Shown here one piece after another: positions 25,043 through 32,000 of a stretch of 32,000 nt of DNA. Each line of letters opens with the position of its first letter. Within the stretch, counting starts at the first letter, position 1. The translations under genes and the position numbers were made by a program. The DNA lies in the NCBI RefSeq assembly GCF_000015585.1, contig NC_008789.1, positions 390,001-422,000 on the forward strand. Reading direction: 5' to 3'. The notes under the pieces are model-generated. The model saw only the letters and a program-made list of their open reading frames with translations, was not told where the DNA came from and did no database searches. This DNA comes from Halorhodospira halophila SL1. GTDB lineage: Bacteria; Pseudomonadota; Gammaproteobacteria; Nitrococcales; Halorhodospiraceae.

Positions 25043-26020
25043 ATGAGAATCAAGACCTGGAACATTGCCATCTGCGCCACCTCGGCGCTGGCGCTCTCGG
25101 CGCCGGCCCTGGCCGACCGCGACGACTGGCCGCGCAGCTTCACCGTGGGCACCGCCAGCCAGGGCGGCACCTACTACATCTACGGCAGCGGCTGGGCCGA
25201 TATGGTCGCCGGTATGCTCGACGTCCGCGCCGGCGGCGAGGTCACTGGCGGGCCGGTGCAGAACGCCACCCTGGTGGAGACCGGCGACCACGAGTTCGGC
25301 CTGGTGACCATGGGGCCGGCCCGCGCCGCCTGGGACGGCGAGAGCGAACTCGCCCCCGGCATGGAGCACAAGAACATCCGCGCGGTCTTCCCGATGTACC
25401 AGACCACCTTCCACATCATCACCCGCGAGGGCGATGACCTCACCTCCATGGAGGATCTGGAAGGCAAGCGCGTCGGGGTGGGGCCGTCCGGCGGCACCGC
25501 CGACATGTACTTCCCGCAGTTCTTCGATGAGCTGGGCATCGATGTGCGCGTGCGCAACGGCGGCGCCTCGGACCTCGCCGGGCAGCTGCAGGACGGGCTG
25601 ATCGACGCCTTCGCCTTCGCCGCGGGCACCCCGATCTCGGCGTTCTCGCAGCTCGAGGCGGAGATCGACACCAACATCTTCTCGGTCACCGAGGCGCAGC
25701 AGGAGCAGCTGCTGGAGGCCTTCCCGGCCCTGGCACCGGCGGACATCGAGGCGGACCTGTACGGCTCCCTGGATGAGGATACGCCGGCGATCTCCATCTG
25801 GAACTTCGCCATCACCCACCAGGACATGCCCGAGTCGCTGGTCTACGAGGTGACCAAGGCGGTCATGGAGAACCACGACCGGATGATGGACATCCACCGG
25901 GCCGCCCGCGAGACCCTGCCGGAGAACCACGAGTTCAACGACTGGATGCCCTGGCACCCGGGCGCCGTGCGCTGGTTCGAGGAGAACGGCTACGAGATCT
26001 CCGAAGACCTGCGCGGCTGA
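25043..26020 (+). CDS. TRAP transporter solute receptor, TAXI family.
   Basis: It has a signal peptide (ICATSALALSAPALA) and the TAXI signature FTVGTASQGGTYYIYGSGWA. It sits upstream of a fused TRAP permease. GGAGGAGGAG is the RBS. Confidence 0.85.
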   Translation: MRIKTWNIAICATSALALSAPALADRDDWPRSFTVGTASQGGTYYIYGSGWADMVAGMLDVRAGGEVTGGPVQNATLVETGDHEFGLVTMGPARAAWDGESELAPGMEHKNIRAVFPMYQTTFHIITREGDDLTSMEDLEGKRVGVGPSGGTADMYFPQFFDELGIDVRVRNGGASDLAGQLQDGLIDAFAFAAGTPISAFSQLEAEIDTNIFSVTEAQQEQLLEAFPALAPADIEADLYGSLDEDTPAISIWNFAITHQDMPESLVYEVTKAVMENHDRMMDIHRAARETLPENHEFNDWMPWHPGAVRWFEENGYEISEDLRG

Positions 26021-26046
26021 TCCCAAGCAGGACAGCCCATTGATCC

Positions 26047-26083
26047 CCCGCCCCCGCGCCGCACGCCTGCGACCGGGGGCGGG
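26047..26083 (+). other. Intercistronic stem-loop between the TAXI receptor and permease genes.
   Basis: cccgccccc-N19-gggggcggg forms a 9-bp G/C stem within the 131-nt spacer. Confidence 0.35.
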
Positions 26084-26151
26084 TTGTGTCAGGGGGCTTG
26101 CCCCGTAGCAGGCCCCGCACCGGTCTCACCGACGCCGAGGCATCCCCATCG

Positions 26152-28323
26152 ATGAGCGATCGATCCACCACCGCGGATTCAACGATCGAAGCCCAGGGCG
26201 AAACGGAGATTCCCCTCGGCGCCAACGAGCGCGCCCTAACCGGCTGGCAGAAGCAGCTGTTCTTCTGGGCGTGTGCGCTCTACACGGCATTCCATATCTT
26301 CACCCTGAACGTCGCCCCGCTGGAGACCTGGACCTTCCGGATCCTGCACATCGCCGGCGGCCTGTTCATCGGCTTCGCGCTGACCTCCGCGCGGACCCTG
26401 GACCGCAACGCCCCGGCGGCACCGATGGGCGTCCTTCAGTGGCTGATTCTGCTCGCCTCCACGGCCCTGATGCTCTGGGCCCTGGGCGCCCTCGCCTACG
26501 TCGGCTACCTGCTGGAGGTGGACGGGATCTCCTCCACGCAGCTGCCGCCGTGGCTGGCCAAGCAGTTCGGCTACACCCTGTTCGCCAGCGTGGCCGTCGC
26601 CACCCTGGCCGGCTGGTTCCTGCGCAGCCCGGACAACCGCGTCCACTGGCCGGACTGGATCCTCGGCTTCGGCGCGCTGATGGTCGGCGCCTACATCGTC
26701 ATGGCGCTGGGCCGCTGGCAGATGGCCGCCGGGACCCCCTTCGCCGGGGAGCAGGAGCTGTGGATCTCGGCGGCCGGCGTGCTGCTGATCCTGGAGCTGA
26801 CCCGACGGATCGCCGGCCTGGCGCTGGTGATCATCACCGGCGTCTTCCTGGTTTACTCCTTCGTCGGGCCGTGGCTGCCCGGCTTCCTGGAGCACCGCGG
26901 CTACTCGTTCACGCGCTTCTTCACCTACCTCTACACCGATAGCGGGATCCTCGGGCCAACCACTGCGGTCTCCTCGACCTACATCATCCTGTTCATCACC
27001 TTCGCCGCCTTCCTGCAGGTCTCCCGGGTGGGGGACTACTTCGTCAACTTCGCCTTCGCGGTGGCCGGCTGGGCCCGCGGCGGTCCGGCCAAGGTGTCGA
27101 TCTTCGCCTCCGGGCTGATGGGGATGATCAACGGCACCTCCGCCGGCAACGTGGTGGCCACCGGCAGCCTGACCATCCCGCTGATGCGCAAGGTGGGCTA
27201 CCCGGCGAAGAGCGCCGGCGCCATCGAGGCGACGGCCTCCACCGGCGGACAGCTGGTGCCGCCGATCATGGGCGCCGGGGCGTTCATCATGGCGGAGATC
27301 ACCGGCATCCCGTACGTGGAGATCGTCGCCGCCGCCATCCTGCCGGCCGCGCTCTACTTCCTGTCGGTCTACTTCATGGTCGACAACGAGGCGGCCAAGA
27401 TGGGCATGCGCGGCCTGCCCCGGGCCCAGCTGCCCGCATTGGGGCGGATGCTGCGGCAGGTCTATCTGTTCATTCCCATCCTGGTGCTGATCTTCACCCT
27501 GTTCCAGGGCTACTCGGTGATCCGCGCCGGGACCGTGGCGATGATCTCGGCGGTGGTGGTCAGCTGGCTGACCCCGGAGGCGATGGGCATCCGCCGCATC
27601 CTCCGCGCCCTGGAGATGGGCGGGCGCATGGTCATCCCGCTGGTGGCGGTGTGCGCCTGTGCCGGGATCATCGTCGGTGTGATCAGCCTCACCGGGGTGG
27701 GCACGCGCTTCTCGTCGATGCTGCTGGGCGTGGCGGACGCCTCCATGCTGCTGGCGATGTTCTTCGCCATGTGCATCTCGATCATGCTCGGCATGGGCAT
27801 GCCGACCACGGCCGCCTACGCGGTGGCGGCCTCCGTGGTGGCCCCCGGGCTGCAGCAGCTCGGTGTGGAGCCGCTGGTCGCCCACTTCTTCGTCTTCTAC
27901 TACGCAGTCATCTCGGCAATCACCCCGCCGGTGGCGCTGGCCGCCTACGCCGCCGCCGGCATCGCCGGCACCGACCCGCTGCGCACTGCGGTGACGGCGT
28001 TCAAGATCGGGCTGGCTGCGTTTATCGTGCCGTTCATGTTTTTCTACAGTCCGGCGATACTCGGCGAGGGTACGTGGACGGAGATCGCCCGGGTCGGGGT
28101 GACGGCTTCGGTGGGCATCTTTCTGCTGGCTGCCGCGGTGCAGGGCTGGCTCTTCGGCCACGTACCGTGGCTGCTGCGCGGTGTGCTGCTCGCCGGCGCG
28201 ATCTCGATGATCTACGGCGGAATCTACAGTGACCTGGCCGGCATCGCCCTGGGCGCCGTGCTGATGGCCTGGCAGTACCGCTTCGCCTCGCGCCAGCCGC
28301 TGGTGCCGAGCCAGGGCGGGTAG
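26152..28323 (+). CDS. TRAP transporter fused 4TM/12TM permease (TAXI-associated type).
   Basis: The polytopic product of about 720 aa has typical blocks: GPAKVSIFASGLMGMINGTSAGNVVATGSLTIPLMKK-like, GGQLVPPIMGAGAFIMAE and TPPVALAAYAAAGIA. I chose the ATG at 26152. The GTG at 26086 is the in-frame alternative. Confidence 0.85.
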   Translation: MSDRSTTADSTIEAQGETEIPLGANERALTGWQKQLFFWACALYTAFHIFTLNVAPLETWTFRILHIAGGLFIGFALTSARTLDRNAPAAPMGVLQWLILLASTALMLWALGALAYVGYLLEVDGISSTQLPPWLAKQFGYTLFASVAVATLAGWFLRSPDNRVHWPDWILGFGALMVGAYIVMALGRWQMAAGTPFAGEQELWISAAGVLLILELTRRIAGLALVIITGVFLVYSFVGPWLPGFLEHRGYSFTRFFTYLYTDSGILGPTTAVSSTYIILFITFAAFLQVSRVGDYFVNFAFAVAGWARGGPAKVSIFASGLMGMINGTSAGNVVATGSLTIPLMRKVGYPAKSAGAIEATASTGGQLVPPIMGAGAFIMAEITGIPYVEIVAAAILPAALYFLSVYFMVDNEAAKMGMRGLPRAQLPALGRMLRQVYLFIPILVLIFTLFQGYSVIRAGTVAMISAVVVSWLTPEAMGIRRILRALEMGGRMVIPLVAVCACAGIIVGVISLTGVGTRFSSMLLGVADASMLLAMFFAMCISIMLGMGMPTTAAYAVAASVVAPGLQQLGVEPLVAHFFVFYYAVISAITPPVALAAYAAAGIAGTDPLRTAVTAFKIGLAAFIVPFMFFYSPAILGEGTWTEIARVGVTASVGIFLLAAAVQGWLFGHVPWLLRGVLLAGAISMIYGGIYSDLAGIALGAVLMAWQYRFASRQPLVPSQGG

Positions 28324-28329
28324 CCGGGC

Positions 28330-29265
28330 GTGGCGGGCGCCCTGGTCAGCGCCCTGGCGGCGGTCTTCGGGCTCATCGCCCTGGGCCACCTGCTACGCCG
28401 CCATGAGGTCGTTCCGCCCCTGTTCTGGGACGGGGCGGAACGGCTGACCTACTACTTCGCCCTGCCGGCGCTGCTGGTGGTGCGCTTGGCCGAGGCGCCC
28501 CTGCGCGAGATGCCGCTGCTGCCGGTGGTGGCCATCCTTGCCGGCGGCGTGGCCATCGCCGGCGCCCTGCTGTTCCTCGCCCGGCCGCTGCTCGAGCCGG
28601 ACGGCCCGGGGTTCACCTCGGCCCTACAGGGTACCTTCCGGCCCAACACCTACGTGGGCCTAGCCACCGCGGCGGCGCTGTTCGGCGCTGAGGGCGTCAC
28701 CCTGGCGGCGATCAGCCTGGCCGTACTCGTCCCGCTGGTGAACCTGCTGGCCGTCGCCGCGCTGATCCGCTATGGCCGCAGGACCGGGCAGCGGGCACCG
28801 GGCTTTTGGGGTAGCCTGGGGCGCAACCCGCTGGTTCTCGCTTGTCTGGTCGGGGTCACACTCAGCCTGCTGCCTCTGAATCTGCCCACACCGGCGGCCG
28901 CCTTCCTCGACGGCCTAGGTCAGGCCGCCCTTCCCCTGGGCCTGATGGCGGTGGGCGCCGGGCTGTACTGGGGACAGATCGGGCGCCACCCGCGGCTACT
29001 CATCGCCGCATCGGCCATCAAGCTCCTGCTGCTGCCCGCCGGCGTCGGCGCCGTGGCCCTGGCGGCGGGCCTGGATTCGACCACCGGGGCGGTGCTGGTG
29101 CTCTTCGCCGGGGTACCGGCCTCCGCCTCGTGCTACATCCTCGCCCGCCAGCTCGGCGGCGACGCGCCGCTCATGGCCTCGATCCTCACCGTGCAGACCA
29201 TCGCTGCCGTGGCCACCCTGCCGCTGGTGGTGGGGGGCTTCCTGGCGGTCAGCGGTGGGGGATAG
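28330..29265 (+). CDS. AEC (auxin efflux carrier) family permease.
   Basis: The 311-aa product has 10 TM helices, an N-terminus ALAAVFGLIALGHLLRR, and a C-terminal half ending PASASCYILARQLGGD, typical of AEC/MdcF-like permeases. The GTG start lies 6 nt after the TRAP permease stop. Confidence 0.7.
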   Translation: MAGALVSALAAVFGLIALGHLLRRHEVVPPLFWDGAERLTYYFALPALLVVRLAEAPLREMPLLPVVAILAGGVAIAGALLFLARPLLEPDGPGFTSALQGTFRPNTYVGLATAAALFGAEGVTLAAISLAVLVPLVNLLAVAALIRYGRRTGQRAPGFWGSLGRNPLVLACLVGVTLSLLPLNLPTPAAAFLDGLGQAALPLGLMAVGAGLYWGQIGRHPRLLIAASAIKLLLLPAGVGAVALAAGLDSTTGAVLVLFAGVPASASCYILARQLGGDAPLMASILTVQTIAAVATLPLVVGGFLAVSGGG

Positions 29266-29269
29266 CTGG

Positions 29270-31885
29270 TCAGTCGCGGCCGGCGATCCCGGCCAGCAGG
29301 GCCGCCAGCCGTTGCCGGTCCACCGGCTTGGTCAGGTACTCGTCGCAGCCGGCTTCCAGGCACTCCTCGCGGACCTGATCGACGGCGTGGGCGCTCAGGG
29401 CGATGATCAGGGTGCGGGCTCGGCCGCGCTCGGCCTCGCGGGCGCGAATGGTGCGCACCGCATCCGGACCGTCAACCTCGGGCATTTGTACGTCCATGAG
29501 CACCAGGTCCCAGTCCTGCTCCTGCCAGGCGTCCACCGCCTGGCGGCCGTCCTCCACCAGGGTCGGGGTCACCCCGGCGAGCTCCAGCTGCGCCTGGATG
29601 AGCAGGGCGTTGGTGGGGTCATCCTCGGCCACCAGGACGCGCAGATGGGTCGTGCGGTGGGGCTCGGGCGTCGCCTCGAACGCCGCCTGCGGCGGCTCCA
29701 CGCGGGGCAGACGCGCCGTGAAATAGAAGGTGGACCCCTTGCCCAGCTCGCTGGTCATCTCCAACCGCCCGCCCATCAGCCGCACCAACTCCTGGCAGAT
29801 CCGCAGCCCCAGGCCGTTGCCGGGCTGGCGCCGGAACGACGGGTTCCCCTGGGCAAACGCCTTGAAGATGTGCTCCCGATCCTCCGGGGCGATCCCCACC
29901 CCGGTGTCGTGGACCGCCACGTAGAGCCAACCGCTGCCCTCGGGCGCCACCTCCAGCACCACCTCGCCGTGCTCGGTGAACTGGATGGCGTTGCTGATCA
30001 GGTTATGCACGACCTGGCCGAAGCGGGTGGCGTCGCCCCGCACCCATTGCGGCGTGCCCGGCGCCTCCCGGACGGTGAGGCGCAGTCCGGCCTCCTCGGC
30101 GACGGCCCGCAGCACCGCCACCTGGCGCTCCACGACCTCCGCCAGCTCGAAGGGCTCGTCGTGCAGGGTCAGCCGCCCCGACTCCATGCGCGAGAGATCG
30201 AGCAGGGTGTCGATCAGTGCCAGCAGCTTCTCGCTGGCGCTACGGCACAACCCGAGGTATTCGCGCTGCTGCGGGGTCAGCTCCGTGGCCTGGAGCAAAT
30301 CAGTGAAGCCGTAGATGGCATTGAGGGGCGTGCGCAGATCGTGGCTGACCGCCGCGAGGAAGGTTCGTCGATCGCGGTCGGCCTGGGCGCGCGCCCGCTC
30401 GGCCGCGACCTGCTCGGTGATGTCGATGCCCACGGCCTGGAAGTGGCTGATCAGTCCGTCCTCATCGAAGAAGGCCTGGCAGGTCCACTGCACCCGGCGC
30501 TGCTCCCCTGTGGCGGCGAGCACCGCGAGCTGCACGGTGCCCACCGGCGCCGCCCGGGTGAAGCGGCACAGGAAGGCCTCCAGCTGCTCGCGCGCCTCCG
30601 GCCCGAGCCACTCGATCCAGCGCCGGCCGTCCATCTGCGGCGGCGGGATCCCGAACAGCTCGGCCACCATGCGGTTGGCGTAGAGCAGCGTGGTATCCGG
30701 CAGGAAGCGCTGGATCAGGTGCGGGTGGTGGTCGAGGATCTCCAGCATCTGATCGCGCTCGCGCTCGATGCGCCTGCGCCGGCTGATGTCCTGGAAGGAG
30801 AGCACAATGCCGGTGATCCCGCCCTCCACATCGCGCAGCGGGGCGGCGTAAACCAGCACATCGAAGCCCCGGCCGTCGGTCCGCCAGAAGTAGTCCTGCC
30901 ACGCCTCCAAGGGCTCGCCGCTGCGCAGCACCCGGAAAATCGGACATTCCTCCAGCGGATACGGGGTGCCGTCCGGACGGCTATGGTGCGTCAGCGCGTG
31001 GGCCTCCCGGCCGAGGGCGGCCTCCTCGGAGGCAAACCCGAGCAACTGCCGGGCGGCGGGGTTGAGGAAGGTGAAACGCCCGGCGTCATCGAGCCCGCAC
31101 ACCCCTTCGTTGATGGCCTCGAGCAGGCGATCCCGCTCACCCTGCAGGCGGACGTGGGCCGAGATATCCTCGACCATGCCGTCGAATACCGTCCGCCCGT
31201 GCTCATCCTCCACCCGCCGCACTGAAAGCCGCAGCCAGAGCGGCCGACCGCGCAGCGTCCGGGCCTGGAGCTCCGCCCAGCTCACGGAGCCTTCGCGCTC
31301 GATCAGGGCACTGATCTCGGCCCGGCGTTCCGGGTCCCGGTAGAGCGCCGCGACCGGCGTCGCCAGCAGCTGCGCCTCGCTCTCGGCCTCGAAGAGCTCG
31401 ACCATCGCCGGGTTGACCTCAAGGAAACGCCCCGAAGGCCCGGGGGTGTTGCGGTAGATGCCCACCGGCAGGGAGCGGAATAGATCGTGGAAGACCTCCA
31501 GGCGGCGCTGATAGCGGCGTGTATCGGTGATGTCGTGGATGATGGAGTGAAGGTACTGCCGTCCGGCGAGCTCCAGCGGCCCGCTGTAGACCTCGACGTC
31601 CCGGACTTCGCCGCCGCACAAGCGGTGCTGGAAGCGGAAGTAGCGCCGCTGCTCGGCCCGGGCGCGGGCCATTTCGGCGCGCACTTGCGGCTCGTCCAAG
31701 GTATTGATCTGCTGGATCCGCATGCCGCAGAGCTCCTCCCGAGGGTACCCGTAGAAGCGCACGGCACTGGGGTTGGCGTCGAGGATGGCGCCGGTCTCGG
31801 GATCGATGAGCAGCTGAACCGCGACATGCTCGGTGAACATGCGGGTGTACAGCCGCTGCGCCTCGGACTGCTCGGATCGGTTCAT
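29270..31885 (-). CDS. Hybrid sensor histidine kinase: 4 x PAS, HisKA, HATPase_c and a C-terminal receiver.
   Basis: There are four PAS/PAC units. The H-box is FLAAVSHDLRTPLNAI. The N/G boxes are VVHNLISNAIQFT, DTGVGI and GNGLGLRICQ. The receiver is VLVAEDDPTNALL...LVLMDVQMPEVDG...TKP. The start is set at the ATG at 31885 (AGGGA upstream). The GTG at 31909 is the alternative. Confidence 0.85.
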   Translation of the reverse strand: MNRSEQSEAQRLYTRMFTEHVAVQLLIDPETGAILDANPSAVRFYGYPREELCGMRIQQINTLDEPQVRAEMARARAEQRRYFRFQHRLCGGEVRDVEVYSGPLELAGRQYLHSIIHDITDTRRYQRRLEVFHDLFRSLPVGIYRNTPGPSGRFLEVNPAMVELFEAESEAQLLATPVAALYRDPERRAEISALIEREGSVSWAELQARTLRGRPLWLRLSVRRVEDEHGRTVFDGMVEDISAHVRLQGERDRLLEAINEGVCGLDDAGRFTFLNPAARQLLGFASEEAALGREAHALTHHSRPDGTPYPLEECPIFRVLRSGEPLEAWQDYFWRTDGRGFDVLVYAAPLRDVEGGITGIVLSFQDISRRRRIERERDQMLEILDHHPHLIQRFLPDTTLLYANRMVAELFGIPPPQMDGRRWIEWLGPEAREQLEAFLCRFTRAAPVGTVQLAVLAATGEQRRVQWTCQAFFDEDGLISHFQAVGIDITEQVAAERARAQADRDRRTFLAAVSHDLRTPLNAIYGFTDLLQATELTPQQREYLGLCRSASEKLLALIDTLLDLSRMESGRLTLHDEPFELAEVVERQVAVLRAVAEEAGLRLTVREAPGTPQWVRGDATRFGQVVHNLISNAIQFTEHGEVVLEVAPEGSGWLYVAVHDTGVGIAPEDREHIFKAFAQGNPSFRRQPGNGLGLRICQELVRLMGGRLEMTSELGKGSTFYFTARLPRVEPPQAAFEATPEPHRTTHLRVLVAEDDPTNALLIQAQLELAGVTPTLVEDGRQAVDAWQEQDWDLVLMDVQMPEVDGPDAVRTIRAREAERGRARTLIIALSAHAVDQVREECLEAGCDEYLTKPVDRQRLAALLAGIAGRD

Positions 31886-32000
31886 AACGGTCCCTGCCGG
31901 CGCTGCCACCGACCTGTTTCAACTCCGCAGCACCATACCACCGGCGTGCACCCGATTGGGGCGGTGCGGCGGGATGCCGGCTGCTGGCCTCAGCCGCTGC

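Noticed and set aside
26236-28389. A 717-aa minus-strand ORF opposite the TRAP fused permease. The same applies to 24788-26026 (-), 13645-14784 (-) and 29255-31225 (+).
   Set aside because: All are antisense to genes with clear family signatures and have charged, low-complexity translations incompatible with real proteins.
31990-32000. The possible 3' end (TGA on the minus strand) of another gene at the right edge.
   Set aside because: Only about 8 nt of putative coding sequence are visible, which cannot support a call.
1-32000. Mobile elements, CRISPR arrays, integrases, phage genes or a defence island.
   Set aside because: I saw no transposase, integrase or recombinase-like ORFs, no terminal inverted repeats flanking the arx locus, no repeat-spacer arrays and no tRNA integration site. 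The lower-GC spacers at about 17.55-17.68 kb and 24.72-25.04 kb look like ordinary promoter regions rather than island borders.

Overview
This is a visibly GC-rich bacterial chromosomal segment, roughly two-thirds G+C by eye (not computed). Its protein repertoire looks like a haloalkaliphilic sulfur/arsenic-cycling gammaproteobacterium of the Ectothiorhodospiraceae type; that taxonomic reading is inference. I support 24 protein-coding genes and found no rRNA, tRNA, CRISPR array, IS element or integrase. Left to right the genes are: a partial motA/pomA stator gene; an EamA transporter translationally coupled to a phospholipase-D lipoprotein; yeeE (thiosulfate-uptake family) followed by cysB; a PAS-PAS-GGDEF-EAL protein; a HAD(beta-PGM-like)-otsB-GH65 phosphorylase trio; an NfeD protein plus a tiny acidic lipoprotein; a DASS/SLC13 symporter; dinG; a periplasmic rhodanese; a five-gene molybdopterin oxidoreductase operon; a small coiled-coil protein; a TAXI-TRAP transporter plus an AEC permease; and a 4-PAS hybrid histidine kinase. 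The most interesting locus is 17.5-24.3 kb. Its gene order (Fe-S protein, Tat-dependent Mo-bisPGD subunit, 4-cluster ferredoxin, NrfD-type anchor, TorD-like chaperone) matches arxB2ABCD, the anaerobic arsenite oxidase. The catalytic subunit carries CX2CX3CX27C and a YGRGWG motif that I recall as diagnostic for ArxA rather than ArrA. Several features of this copy are worth follow-up: no arxXSR regulatory genes in the window, a mirror-symmetric pair of near-consensus FNR/CRP-type boxes upstream, Cys4 zinc-ribbon-like tails on both accessory proteins, an internal Tat-like motif in ArxB2, and a 12-bp perfect hairpin between arxC and arxD. Many long ORFs in the supplied track are antisense or off-frame artefacts of high GC content and were rejected.
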